Shown piece after piece: positions 18,876 through 29,374 of a DNA stretch of 64,000 nucleotides (position 1 is its first letter; the number at the start of each line of letters is the position of its first letter). The stretch is taken from IMG/VR virus record IMGVR_UViG_3300029945_000007; one strand, 5' to 3'. Both the position numbers and the translations under genes were made by a program. Under the pieces are notes generated by a model. It searched no databases. It was given only the letters and a program-made list of their open reading frames with translations, and was not told where the DNA came from. Origin of the DNA: an uncultured virus (IMG/VR IMGVR_UViG_3300029945_000007). Its lineage: Duplodnaviria > Heunggongvirae > Uroviricota > Caudoviricetes.

Positions 18876-19522
18876 TGGACGGCGCAACGATCAACGCGAA
18901 GGTGTGGGCTGGATATGCCAAGGCTGCCAAGATCATCGGCACGCCTTACCAGCATTTCCGCCCATCTGGCGTTAGCAACCCGCTCGACCCCGGCAATGCA
19001 ATGCCTGACCTGCTGGTCAGTTTGAATGCCGACGATCCAAAGTACGCCAGGCCAAACGTCTACGGCAAGGCCACATGGTATGCCGTCGCGGACGGTAGTC
19101 AGCTCGCAGTTGGGGATTACATCGTTGGGGTCGAAGGGACGCTGTTTGTGGCAACACTGCAGCAGATGCTTCCGATCTACATGGTTGACTGTAATCGCAC
19201 CATCAGCGTGCTGCGCGTATCAATGGGATCTGTGACCGAGGGCTTTATTGGTCAGGCTGGAGACACGTCAAGCACCGAAGTTGTTCTGATGGCCGGGTGG
19301 CCGGCAAGCATCCTCGAAGGTGGTGGCGGGCGAAAGAATGAGGTTGATCTGCCAACGGACTTCAGAAATCCAAGCTGGCATGTCATTTTACCGTCTGTTC
19401 ATGGCGTCACACTCCGGACATCGGACATCCTGCTTGATGATCTAAGTCGGAAATACCTTATCTCAAGCGCCGAGCTCACTGACATGGGTTGGCGCATCAC
19501 CGCGACACAACAGCAGGCATAG
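18875..19522 (+). CDS. Putative head-closure protein
   Basis: Position; start overlaps the upstream stop. Confidence 0.55.
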   Translation: MDGATINAKVWAGYAKAAKIIGTPYQHFRPSGVSNPLDPGNAMPDLLVSLNADDPKYARPNVYGKATWYAVADGSQLAVGDYIVGVEGTLFVATLQQMLPIYMVDCNRTISVLRVSMGSVTEGFIGQAGDTSSTEVVLMAGWPASILEGGGGRKNEVDLPTDFRNPSWHVILPSVHGVTLRTSDILLDDLSRKYLISSAELTDMGWRITATQQQA

Positions 19523-19524
19523 CC

Positions 19525-20370
19525 ATGGCAGACGTTCAAGACGTACTCAATACGCTCGCCACGTATGTTGCCGGCGTGCTTTACCCGAACGGGACCGGCA
19601 GCGGAAGCATTACGGGTAATCCAATCAAGATTATGACTGGATGGCCAGTCCCAAACGTACTGCAGGCCGACTTGACGGCTGAAACCTCTCACGTAAGTGT
19701 TTTCGAATCAACTGGATCAGAGCGAAACGTGACGCGGTACGCGCCAAAAGCGCACGTCATGTCCATTGCGGCCGCAACGATCACGCTTGCAGCCTCCGGA
19801 AATACTCTGACCGTAGGCGGCGCGATGCCATCACCGTTCACGCCTGAGAATGTAGCGGCGATCATCGAAGGACAAGCTTTCATCTACCCGGTTCAGACAA
19901 CTGACACGCTGACTAGCATCGCCACCGGATTGGCCGCACTAATTGCCGTGGCGTTTCCCGGAACCGTCAGTTCAGGATCGGTTATCACGCTGCCGGCCGG
20001 TATTGCCCCGTCTGCGGCGCGAGTCGGTGCGACCGGTACTGTGACGACGGAGTGGGAGCGGCAAGAACAGCTTTTCCAAGTCACTGTTTGGGCGCCCGAT
20101 CCAACGACTCGAGCAACGATTGGCGCGGCGATCAAACTGGCGCTGGCGCAAATAAACTTTCTCACCATGATCGACGGCTTTGGAGCGCGCTGCCGGTACA
20201 AGTCCAGCAGGCTATCTGACGAGGTGCAGAACGCCAACATCTACCGCCGCGACCTGTTCTACACCGTCGAATACGCAACCACGGTCACCGAGCAAGTCGC
20301 CACCGTCGTGGCGGTCACAACCGAATACGAAACCGAGGACGGCACGCCGATCCTTAACCGGAGCTATTAA
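19525..20370 (+). CDS. Putative tail terminator/neck protein
   Basis: Position before the sheath gene. Confidence 0.55.
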   Translation: MADVQDVLNTLATYVAGVLYPNGTGSGSITGNPIKIMTGWPVPNVLQADLTAETSHVSVFESTGSERNVTRYAPKAHVMSIAAATITLAASGNTLTVGGAMPSPFTPENVAAIIEGQAFIYPVQTTDTLTSIATGLAALIAVAFPGTVSSGSVITLPAGIAPSAARVGATGTVTTEWERQEQLFQVTVWAPDPTTRATIGAAIKLALAQINFLTMIDGFGARCRYKSSRLSDEVQNANIYRRDLFYTVEYATTVTEQVATVVAVTTEYETEDGTPILNRSY

Positions 20371-20546
20371 TGGCAAACGAAACCCAGCCGGATGCGCCCG
20401 TCGCACCGCAGAAGACCCACGACCTCGTCGTCGTCCACCCGTTCGGAAGCTATCGTCGCGGCGACCAGATCACCGATGACGCAGAAATCGCCAAGGTATT
20501 GGCCAGCGACACCGCGCATCACGTCCGTAAGGTCATCCCGCGCTAA
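20370..20546 (+). CDS. Small virion-region protein (58 aa)
   Basis: MANETQPDAPVAPQKTHDLVVVHPFGSYRRGDQITD...; TAATG coupling. Confidence 0.6.
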   Translation: MANETQPDAPVAPQKTHDLVVVHPFGSYRRGDQITDDAEIAKVLASDTAHHVRKVIPR

Positions 20547-20605
20547 TCCACGCATCCATCCAGTAACAAGCCGCCTCCGGGTGGCTTTTTTTATGGGACA
20601 TCCTC

Positions 20606-22573
20606 ATGCTTTATCAATTTGGCCAGATTAACACTGCTGGCGCACTCGCCCCTGGTGTTGACGTTCAGATCGTCGCGCCGCCCGCCGTGGTGCAGGGCGT
20701 GGCCACCAATGGCTACGGCTTGGTCGGCGTAGCGTCGTGGGGCCCCGTTAATTCCCCGCTGATCACCGGCTCGCCGCAGGCCAATGCGATGAACTGGGGA
20801 AATCAGACCGTGCGCATGCACGACTTGGCAACGGCTATCGCGGTCGCCTTCCAACTCGGCCAGAGCAACAACGTTGGTGTGCGTGTGTCGGATGGTACTG
20901 ATACTGCCGCAACAACTCAGCTGCTCGACGGATCGTCGGTTAATGGCTCGACGATTACCGGCATCTATACCGGCATCCTCGGCAACAGCATGGCCGCGAC
21001 GGTTGGTAATGGCACCCAGGCGAATAGCTACAAGCTAACCTTGGCGCTGCCGGGCTTCTCCGGCGAGGTGTACGACAACCTGACCCAAGGCGTGGCCTCT
21101 GGCGCCGTCACGCCGGGAACTGGGTTCACGCAGACCCCGACTGTAATCGTCAGTGCGCCGCAGAATTCCAACGGTGTTCAAGCGTCTGGCTCCGTATCGC
21201 TCAAGGCCCTCACTGCAACTAAGGCCAATGCTGGCTCAGGCTATGTGACTGGCGACACCATCACCCTATCAAACGGCGTCATCCTGACCGTCACCGCCGC
21301 GGCTGGCGCGATCACTGCCTTGGCCGTCACCAATGCCGGCAATATTGCAGGCGGCGCGGCACCGACCAATCCGGTGGCGCAGTTATCGACCTCCGGCGTT
21401 GGCGTTGGCGCGACCGTCACCCTTGTATGGGGTTTGGGAGTCTACACCCCCAGCGTAATCGGCAGCGGCTATACCAGCGCAACCGCAACCCTGAGTGGTG
21501 GCGGAGGAACTGGCGGATCAATCGCCTTAACCACCAGCGTATGGCCGAATCTGGTCAACGCGGTCAACAACGGCCAGTCCGGCGTGCGTGGGCCATCTCA
21601 AATCGCCGTGGCCTCTATCGGCACATCGACGGCTGTTCCTGCTCTGGCATCCTACACCCTGGCTGGCGGCACTGACGGCGCGGCTGGCGTGACCGACACC
21701 ACGCTGATCGGTGCGAATACTTCGCCGCCGACCGGCATGTATGTCCATCAATCGACCAATGTCCAAACCCTGAACTTGGTCGATCATCAGACATCGAGCT
21801 TGTGGGGTACGATCGCCGCTTTCTGCCTGCAAAATGGCATCTTTGGCGCGGCGCAAGAGTCTCCTGCTGCGACGATTGCCACGACTGCAGCGGCACTTAA
21901 CACCGCTGGCGTCGATACCTACGGGCTGAAGGCTCTGAACGGCGATTGGGCTTACTGGCAGGACACTGTCAATAACGTGCAGCGTCTGCTTGGCCCGGCA
22001 ACCTTCTGGGCGCCGATGCGTGCCAACCTGGCTCCGAACCAATCGACCCTGAACAAGCCTGTCAACGGGCTCATTGGTACGATCCGCAGCATTGCAAATC
22101 AACCGTATAGCGATGCCGAATTGCTTGCCGCGCAAAACGGGCGCCTGGACATGCTCGCTAATCCGAGCGCTGGCGGTAATTATTTCAGCTTCCAGACTGA
22201 TCGCAACACGTCCAGCCAGGCCGCGACCAATTCCGAGTCGTACACCACGATGACGAACTTCCTGGCGATGACGCTGGCAGCGAACTACGGCTTCGCGATT
22301 GGTAATCCACAAACCGGCGACCTTCGCAAGGATGTGACCGACTCGCTCGGCGCCTTCTTGACGGGCTTGTGGATGGTCAGTAAGTACATCGGCGACGTCA
22401 ACAACCCGACTGCCGTGCCGTTCCTGGTCACCCTGAACGCCAGCAATAACCCAAACAACAACGTTTCCTTGGGCTTGATGCAAGCGCTCGTACAGGTCAA
22501 GTACGAATCCATCGTCAGGACGTTCCTGATCTCGCTGCAGGGCGGATCAAGCGTTCAAGTCACCGTCCAGTAA
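20606..22573 (+). CDS. Tail sheath protein
   Basis: APGVDVQ...GVASWGPVN N-terminus; 655 aa; precedes the tube gene. Confidence 0.88.
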   Translation: MLYQFGQINTAGALAPGVDVQIVAPPAVVQGVATNGYGLVGVASWGPVNSPLITGSPQANAMNWGNQTVRMHDLATAIAVAFQLGQSNNVGVRVSDGTDTAATTQLLDGSSVNGSTITGIYTGILGNSMAATVGNGTQANSYKLTLALPGFSGEVYDNLTQGVASGAVTPGTGFTQTPTVIVSAPQNSNGVQASGSVSLKALTATKANAGSGYVTGDTITLSNGVILTVTAAAGAITALAVTNAGNIAGGAAPTNPVAQLSTSGVGVGATVTLVWGLGVYTPSVIGSGYTSATATLSGGGGTGGSIALTTSVWPNLVNAVNNGQSGVRGPSQIAVASIGTSTAVPALASYTLAGGTDGAAGVTDTTLIGANTSPPTGMYVHQSTNVQTLNLVDHQTSSLWGTIAAFCLQNGIFGAAQESPAATIATTAAALNTAGVDTYGLKALNGDWAYWQDTVNNVQRLLGPATFWAPMRANLAPNQSTLNKPVNGLIGTIRSIANQPYSDAELLAAQNGRLDMLANPSAGGNYFSFQTDRNTSSQAATNSESYTTMTNFLAMTLAANYGFAIGNPQTGDLRKDVTDSLGAFLTGLWMVSKYIGDVNNPTAVPFLVTLNASNNPNNNVSLGLMQALVQVKYESIVRTFLISLQGGSSVQVTVQ

Positions 22574-22630
22574 ATCCAAACCATAAAGCCCGCCATCGCG
22601 CGGGCTTTATCTATGCCAGGAGCCAAATAA

Positions 22631-23071
22631 ATGACGGCACCCAATAGTTTCAATACCGGGCGTGACGGTTATCAGTTGACGATCATCAGCGCAACGCTCG
22701 GAAAGATCACTTTCAACGGCATTACCTCGTTCGAAACCAAGCCGACAGTCGTCAAGCTCAAAAGCGTCGCGCTTGATGGCCGCATTCGTCACCGCACGAT
22801 CCCAGATGGCCATACCGGCACCATCGAACTTGATCGTCAGGACGCTTCTTTCGATACCTATTTTGCCGGTGTCGAAGCCAATTTTTTTGCCGGATTACCG
22901 CCGGATGCAATCTTTATCACCCATACCATCCAAGAGCTCGACGGCTCGACGAGTCAGTGGCAGTACACAGACATTGCACTGACACCAGAAGACGCCGGGA
23001 CGTGGAAGGGGCAAGACAAGGTGACCGAGAAGATGACGTTCGAAGCTGGCCGCAAAATTCAACTGAGCTGA
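22631..23071 (+). CDS. Tail tube protein
   Basis: 146 aa immediately after the sheath gene. Confidence 0.75.
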   Translation: MTAPNSFNTGRDGYQLTIISATLGKITFNGITSFETKPTVVKLKSVALDGRIRHRTIPDGHTGTIELDRQDASFDTYFAGVEANFFAGLPPDAIFITHTIQELDGSTSQWQYTDIALTPEDAGTWKGQDKVTEKMTFEAGRKIQLS

Positions 23072-23075
23072 TCAA

Positions 23076-23626
23076 ATGACCAATCCAAAAGTAACCGTTA
23101 AGCCCGTTCGCACGCCGACCGAACAGTTGATCGACAATTCCACGCAAGAATTCACCGCCGAGGACTCGCGCGGTCGTCAGATCACCCTGAGCAAGCCTGG
23201 CGCGCTGGCGCAGTACCGACTGGCTGAAGTGGTTGGCAACAGTTCGACCAACGTCGGCTACATGAACATGGTGCTGCCGCTGCTGTATGTCGTCTCGATT
23301 GACGGATCGCCAGTCCCGCCACCGTCAACCAAGGCCCAGCTCGAAGCACTGATAACTCGCCTCGACGAAGATGGCATCGCCGCCGTCGTAAAGGCTGTTT
23401 ATGAGCGTGTGTCTGCAGCCAATCCGGAGGCCGACCGAGACGCACTAAAAAAATAGTCCAGTCAGGCCCAATCCGCGAGGCGCTATGGCTTGTGAAAAAT
23501 CATATCCCGGTTGACCTGGCATTCCAGCTTGACGATATCACTCGCGCGGGCTGGTGCATCATTTTTAGCGAGATGGAAGGGCAGGAGTTCGACTTTTGCA
23601 CCATGAGCTTTAAGGAGCGGTCATGA
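23076..23626 (+). CDS. Tail assembly chaperone with -1 frameshift extension (short form ends 23456)
   Basis: CTA AAA AAA TAG slippery A7 at 23447-23453; the -1 frame is open to TGA 23626. Confidence 0.8.
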
Positions 23627-24117
23627 GCCGTGAGTTTTCGAGCATGGGCGCGCTTGGGCTGCATCTCGCAAAGGTGGCCGCCGGGCAAATGATCGCGGCA
23701 AAGTTGGCGCTTGATGAAGCATGTTTGGTGATTGAAGATACCGCCAAGGAAGAGATCGGGCATTACCAAAGTGAGGCTGGGATATCTCCAGCATGGGCGC
23801 AGCTTGCGGATTCGACAGAGGCAGATAAAGCACGTAAGGGATTCCCGCTAGATGCTCCGCTACTCAGGACGGGGGATATGCGGGATGCCATCACCCACGA
23901 GGTGAGCGGGCTAGAAGCTGTGGTCGGAGCAAAAGAAGAGGGTGCAGGGAAGATCCTGATTTATCACGAGTTTGGCACATCAAAAATGCCGCCAAGGCCT
24001 GTTTTATGGCCTGCGTGGTATCGAAATAAGGATCGCATCTTACGGATTGTGGCTGAAGCCATGATTTCCGAGATTATAGGCGTCCGCCCGCCAATAATTG
24101 GCAAAGGCCAAGATTAG
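23623..24117 (+). CDS. HK97 gp10-like tail/neck completion protein
   Basis: LLRTGDMRDAI...HEFGTSKMPPRP. Confidence 0.75.
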   Translation: MSREFSSMGALGLHLAKVAAGQMIAAKLALDEACLVIEDTAKEEIGHYQSEAGISPAWAQLADSTEADKARKGFPLDAPLLRTGDMRDAITHEVSGLEAVVGAKEEGAGKILIYHEFGTSKMPPRPVLWPAWYRNKDRILRIVAEAMISEIIGVRPPIIGKGQD

Positions 24118-24356
24118 CCAAATATCGCCGAATAAAAGATAAACAGCACAAGCGCAAGCGCCGCCCCGGCATACATCAGCACAGCAAAAGACACGCCAAA
24201 TAGAGCCATTCCTTGGGCAATGTTTATTTTTGCGCGAGGCTTTTGCTTTGGTAGGCGCGGGGCTCTGTCATACGCCTGACGCCCTGGTAATTCTTCAAAC
24301 GGCACATCTTCAATCTCATTTTCGCGCCATTGCAACACGCGTGGTTTTTTTGCCAT
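24114..24356 (-). CDS. Moron-like small membrane protein
   Basis: Opposite strand within the tail operon; hydrophobic C-terminus. Confidence 0.6.
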   Translation of the reverse strand: MAKKPRVLQWRENEIEDVPFEELPGRQAYDRAPRLPKQKPRAKINIAQGMALFGVSFAVLMYAGAALALVLFIFYSAIFG

Positions 24357-24385
24357 GTGAATGTGCTCTGAATAGGTAAATCATT

Positions 24386-26134
24386 ATGGCATTTGAGGCC
24401 TACTCTGTCGCCATCAAGTTATCGCTGATCAACGGCGTGACCTATGGATTGTTGTTAATCAGCAAAGGCTTGCAGGGCGCGAACGTTAGCGCGGAAGAGT
24501 TCCAAGGGAGACTTACCAAGATTGGCAAGCAGATGGCCGTTGGTGGCGCTCTTGTCGGCGCTGGTGCGGCGATCGCAGCCCCTTTTATCTTCGCCATCGA
24601 CCGCGCAGCCGAGCTGCAAAAGCAGATGCTTGGCATCCAGGTCGCGGCGCGCGGCACAACCAGTCAGATGGTTGACATGCGCCATGCGATTGAAGGTGTC
24701 GCGTCTCAGACCGTTTTCAGCAATATCGACGTTGCCAAGATGGGTAAGTTGGTCGCCACCGGTACCGGGCTTGCTGCGCCGGACGTGACAAAGCTGCTCC
24801 CAGAATACGCGAAGTTCGCCGACGTGCAGTACCTGATGAAGGGGACGGATTACAACCAGTCAGTGACCGATGCCATCCGTCTGGCACACACGGCGCAGCA
24901 CTACGACCCCGCTTCGCTTGGTAAATATCTGGATCTTCTGACCAAAGCATCGTTCGTCGTGCCTGGCGGCCTAAACGAAGTTGGTAACGCGCTGAAATAC
25001 TCGCAGGGCATGGGCAAGACCGCGCTGGGCATCGGTGATGAGCAGATGGTATTGATGACCGCATTGCTTAATCGCTTGGGATTCGCCGGCAGCCGCGGCG
25101 GCACGAACCTGATTGCCGCCATGTCTCGCACTATCCCTGGGGTATTTGGGTCTGGGTTGCTGGCTGGCAAGAGTGGCGAAGCCCTGAAGCGCATGGGTTT
25201 CACCGACCCACAGGGTCATTCGACCATTTTCACGGACGGAAAGTTTGACACCTTCAAGTGGATGGGGCATTTGAGTGATTACGTCTCAAGGGAGTTCGCA
25301 AGTCATCCTGAGGCCATAGCGCGCCAGGACATAATGAAGAATTTTCAGTACGCCTTTGGCGTGCAGGGTTCTCGTGTTGCCTCTCTGCTGTCTAGCCCGC
25401 AAGCGATATCTCAACTCAAAATGCTTGGCCAGACATTTAGTGGCTATGGAGGCGTGGATTCAATCCAGTCGATGTTCGCCAACCAATCTGCCGAACAGAA
25501 GTACATGAACGCGAAGACCAACTTTGTATCGGCCATGACCGAGCTGGGGTACACGCTCCTGCCGTTGGCGACGGTGGCACTGACAAAGCTGAATGCCAAA
25601 ATGCAAACCATGATTTCGTGGATGTCAGCGAACCCAGACGCAGTCAAAAAAATCGCCGAGGGTTTCCTGATTTTGTCCGGGGTGCTCATCACCGGCGGTC
25701 TGATCACCATGATTGCGGCCGCATGTAGCGGCTTTGCGCTTCTTGGTCTATTGATCGGCGGCATCAGCCTGCCGTTTGCGCTATTCCTGGGCGCGGTCAC
25801 CGCGCTCACGCTGGGCGTCAGATATCTCTATCAAAACTGGAGCACCATCTGGCCGCAGATTAAGAGCGGATTCGTCGCGTTTGGATCCTGGATTATCAAT
25901 TTCTTCAGCAATCTGTGGGGTAGCGTAGAAAACTTCTTCGGAGGCGGCGCAAAGAAGACCACGTTCGTGCCTAAATCGCTCGCAGGAACTGTGCACCTCC
26001 ATACGGCAGTCAATATCGATGGCAAGAAGGTGGCTCAAGCTGTTTCGGTTCATCAGGGGCGCTGGGCCAACATCCCAAGATCTGGTGGTGGGCTAGACGG
26101 TGGCTTAGCGATGCCCATGCCCGGAGTGCGTTAA
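24386..26134 (+). CDS. Tail tape measure protein
   Basis: Ala/Gly-rich; GFAGSRGGTNL motif; hydrophobic segments and NWSTIW-type sequence. Confidence 0.85.
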   Translation: MAFEAYSVAIKLSLINGVTYGLLLISKGLQGANVSAEEFQGRLTKIGKQMAVGGALVGAGAAIAAPFIFAIDRAAELQKQMLGIQVAARGTTSQMVDMRHAIEGVASQTVFSNIDVAKMGKLVATGTGLAAPDVTKLLPEYAKFADVQYLMKGTDYNQSVTDAIRLAHTAQHYDPASLGKYLDLLTKASFVVPGGLNEVGNALKYSQGMGKTALGIGDEQMVLMTALLNRLGFAGSRGGTNLIAAMSRTIPGVFGSGLLAGKSGEALKRMGFTDPQGHSTIFTDGKFDTFKWMGHLSDYVSREFASHPEAIARQDIMKNFQYAFGVQGSRVASLLSSPQAISQLKMLGQTFSGYGGVDSIQSMFANQSAEQKYMNAKTNFVSAMTELGYTLLPLATVALTKLNAKMQTMISWMSANPDAVKKIAEGFLILSGVLITGGLITMIAAACSGFALLGLLIGGISLPFALFLGAVTALTLGVRYLYQNWSTIWPQIKSGFVAFGSWIINFFSNLWGSVENFFGGGAKKTTFVPKSLAGTVHLHTAVNIDGKKVAQAVSVHQGRWANIPRSGGGLDGGLAMPMPGVR

Positions 26135-27096
26135 TGGATCCAATCATCCTGGTACTGGGGGACTTCATATTTCAGGATATGGAGATCCCAGAGAGCATCA
26201 ACTTTGGCGGCGCTCAGCTCCTGTCCGTCAAAAAGCTTATCGGCGGCGGCCGCGTCATTGATGCGATGGGGAAAGACCCTGATCCGCCGCAGTGGTCTGG
26301 TACGTTCTTCCCCTCGTTATTCGACTCGGCGCTAGACCGGGCTTTGGTTATTCAGGGCATGAAGGATTCAGGACTGCCGCTACTGCTGTCCTACGACCAG
26401 ATTCTGCTGATGGTGCTGATCAGCAAGTTTGAGCCGGATTATCAGCTTGGGCACATCCCGTACAAAATCACGCTCGAGGTGCTGGACGACCTTACTGCGC
26501 CGGTGTCGATCAACCCATTTTCCGACATCACAGCGGTCATCACCGCCGACGTCAATAGCATTGTCAGCCTCGCTGCAGCGGTAAACAGCGCGATTATCTC
26601 AAATACGGTTACCAACTTTGCCGCCCAAGTCGCTGCCGTGGCGTCGTTCGACAACGCATCGTATAGCGACGTCGCTCCGATCATCCAAGCGGCCAGCGCC
26701 GCGTTGACGGCTGTCGATCTGTTGTCGGCCACAACGGATACGACGCTGTCTAGCGTGAGCACACCTGGTGGCATTATGCCGTCTACGTCTCCAGCGGCGA
26801 ACCTGGCCGCATTCGAGGCTCAGTTAGCTGCAAACAATCAGCAAACCGGCCTCGTGCAATTACAAGGGCTGTTCGGGCGCGTCATTCAGAACCTTAACCA
26901 GGCCAACTCAAGCGAACGCACGATCACCGTAGGCGGCGGGAACCTGTATGACGTCGCCGCGAAGCAATATGGCGACCCAACGGCATGGGTATTGATTGCG
27001 CAGGCCAATGGCCTGACCGATCCGACACTCGCTGGCATTACCGTGCTGACCATCCCGCCGTACAACAACTCCAGTGGCGGAGTACTCACCTCATAG
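26134..27096 (+). CDS. Tail tube initiator with C-terminal LysM-like domain
   Basis: GNLYDVAAKQYGDPTAWVLIAQANGL. Confidence 0.75.
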   Translation: MDPIILVLGDFIFQDMEIPESINFGGAQLLSVKKLIGGGRVIDAMGKDPDPPQWSGTFFPSLFDSALDRALVIQGMKDSGLPLLLSYDQILLMVLISKFEPDYQLGHIPYKITLEVLDDLTAPVSINPFSDITAVITADVNSIVSLAAAVNSAIISNTVTNFAAQVAAVASFDNASYSDVAPIIQAASAALTAVDLLSATTDTTLSSVSTPGGIMPSTSPAANLAAFEAQLAANNQQTGLVQLQGLFGRVIQNLNQANSSERTITVGGGNLYDVAAKQYGDPTAWVLIAQANGLTDPTLAGITVLTIPPYNNSSGGVLTS

Positions 27097-27103
27097 GTTT
27101 CCC

Positions 27104-28222
27104 ATGACTGCATTTCTCACTCCGACCGCGCGCCGACCTCGCGGCGCCGTGAAGATCAATGGCGAGATTATCCCAGGCTGGGTCGAGCTTGAGGTGGAAA
27201 ACGTCGGGTATTACTCGGTCGATACCTTTCGCGTTACGTTCGCGATAAAAGGGCTTCCGCCGGATCGGAATTTGGCGTGGTTTAGCGAGCAGGAAGACAT
27301 GTTTGTCGAGTTGTTCATCGGGTTCCCGGACAACCCGTCGTTTTACACCCCGGCTGAGCTGCAAAGTTGGATCTACGGCCAAGTGGACGATATCGAAGAC
27401 GTAGATCTTGCAAATAAGACATTTTCCGTGACTGGACGGGATTTAACTCGTGTTTTTGTGGACACGAAGACAACGCAGAAATGGCCAAATCAGACGGCTA
27501 GCCAGATTGCTACGGCGCTCGCAAAAAAACATGGGTTAACACCGTCGGTTACCAAGACAACGGCCAAAGTCGGGAAGTTTTACCAGATAGATCACGTCCA
27601 AATGGCTAAGTCGCAGTCAGAATGGGACATCTTGACCTATCTGGCGGATAGCGAAGGCTTCAACGTCTGGGTGCGTGGGCAAACGCTGTATTTCCAGCCG
27701 GCGCCAGACCCGGGGAAAATTGCGCCGTACGACCTGATTTATCAGCAGTCGCCTGTGGGCGGGGTTCCAAGCGCCAATTTCGAACGCATGAAATTCAAGC
27801 GGGCCTTGACGGTGTCCCGCGGCATTCAGGTGCAGATTCGCTCGTGGAATAAACGGCAAGGCAAGGGCTTTACCGTCACGTACCCTTCCAATGTCAAAAC
27901 CATCAAGGTTGGCCAATCGTCTGTTGGCGCTGGCGCGCAGATCTACTCGAAGCGCATCCCGAACCTCACGCAAGATCAAGCGCTGCAGCATGCCCAGAAT
28001 TGGTATCGGCAGCTGATTGCGCACGAGCTCATCATGGACGGAACCATGCCGGGGGATAACAGCCTAGATACCACGTCAATCATCAGGGTGAGCGGAACCG
28101 GAACCGCGTTTGACCAGCTTTATTATCCAGATTCAATCAGCCGCACATTGAGCGTGGAGGATGGATACGACATGACCATATCTGCCAAGAGCCACGCGCC
28201 AGACTCGGAGATCATGCTATGA
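27104..28222 (+). CDS. Baseplate hub (gpD-like)
   Basis: VTGRD and SEWDILTYLA motifs; position. Confidence 0.78.
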   Translation: MTAFLTPTARRPRGAVKINGEIIPGWVELEVENVGYYSVDTFRVTFAIKGLPPDRNLAWFSEQEDMFVELFIGFPDNPSFYTPAELQSWIYGQVDDIEDVDLANKTFSVTGRDLTRVFVDTKTTQKWPNQTASQIATALAKKHGLTPSVTKTTAKVGKFYQIDHVQMAKSQSEWDILTYLADSEGFNVWVRGQTLYFQPAPDPGKIAPYDLIYQQSPVGGVPSANFERMKFKRALTVSRGIQVQIRSWNKRQGKGFTVTYPSNVKTIKVGQSSVGAGAQIYSKRIPNLTQDQALQHAQNWYRQLIAHELIMDGTMPGDNSLDTTSIIRVSGTGTAFDQLYYPDSISRTLSVEDGYDMTISAKSHAPDSEIML

Positions 28223-28908
28223 GCAAGGGCAGTGATCTCATGGCAAACGCCATGCGGCAGCAGGCGCGCGCGGCGATGAGTGACATGGCGTGGCCAGAAA
28301 TCGCCACGATCAGCAGCTATGACGCATCAAACCATGCCGTAAAAGTGCTGATTCAGCCCGAGGGGGAAGAGTCCAACTGGATGCCGCTTGGCGCCATTGG
28401 CATTGGTAACGGATGGGGCGTTGCTGTCGGGCCTCAGATTGGCGACCAGGTTCTGGTGGTATTCGAACTTGGCGACGCATCGTCCGGCACCATCGTTGGG
28501 CGCATTTTCTCGACCACGCAGCAGGCGATTGCCGTTCCGTCCGGCGAGATCTGGGCGGTTCACTCCACCGGTTCATTTTTGAAGCTGGTGACCAACGGTG
28601 ATATTGACGTCAGCACCGCGGGCAATCTGAACGCGATCGTAGCCGGGAACATGACGGCAACCATCACCGGTAACGCAACCATATCGGCAAAGGCCGCCTC
28701 AATTGTCGCGGCTGTTTCTGCGGCCATTACCGCACCGGCAATCACATTGGGTGCATCCGGCCAAACCCTGATGGCATTTATCACCTCGGCGTTCGAGTCG
28801 CTGTTTAATGGACACACGCATCTGAGTAATGGCACGGGCAATCAAACCAATGTACCGACCCAGCAAATGGGCCCGAGTCATATGACCTCGACCACACTGG
28901 GCGGCTAA
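28219..28908 (+). CDS. Baseplate spike (gpV-like)
   Basis: PQIGDQVLVVF OB-fold, beta-helix-like repeats, terminal HTH (His-x-His) motif. Confidence 0.85.
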   Translation: MSKGSDLMANAMRQQARAAMSDMAWPEIATISSYDASNHAVKVLIQPEGEESNWMPLGAIGIGNGWGVAVGPQIGDQVLVVFELGDASSGTIVGRIFSTTQQAIAVPSGEIWAVHSTGSFLKLVTNGDIDVSTAGNLNAIVAGNMTATITGNATISAKAASIVAAVSAAITAPAITLGASGQTLMAFITSAFESLFNGHTHLSNGTGNQTNVPTQQMGPSHMTSTTLGG

Positions 28909-28960
28909 ACGCTCAAACCAACAGAACCCGCTTCGGCGGGTTTTTTTATGGGCGCACGCA

Positions 28961-29368
28961 ATGACCATCGATGTTTCGCACTATTACGGCAGCGATTTGA
29001 GCGTCTCGCCATCAGGAGACCTTGCGCTAGCGGACGCAACGACCACTGGCACTCAGCGCATCTACCGCCGACTCCTGACTAATCCGCAACTCAGCGATCA
29101 ATCTGGCAATCCGATCTCTTCGCCGGATTACACATGGGAGCCGACATACGGGGGTGGCCTCGCGAGGAAAGTTGGGTCTCCCGGCAATGCGTCAGCGCTC
29201 AAGGCTCTCATCAAGGGCCAGATGCGGCTGGAGTCGGTCGTGGCGGCAACTCCGGAGCCAAGCATTTCTGTTTTGCAAAACGGTGGATTGTCCAGCGTGA
29301 CGATTCAGTACACCGACGCCAACACGGCTACGACGCAAACCGTCGATTTCGATGTTTCCAATTCTTAG
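28961..29368 (+). CDS. Baseplate wedge protein (gp25/gpW-like)
   Basis: Between spike and J; PTYGGGL motif. Confidence 0.65.
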   Translation: MTIDVSHYYGSDLSVSPSGDLALADATTTGTQRIYRRLLTNPQLSDQSGNPISSPDYTWEPTYGGGLARKVGSPGNASALKALIKGQMRLESVVAATPEPSISVLQNGGLSSVTIQYTDANTATTQTVDFDVSNS

Positions 29369-29374
29369 GCAGCC

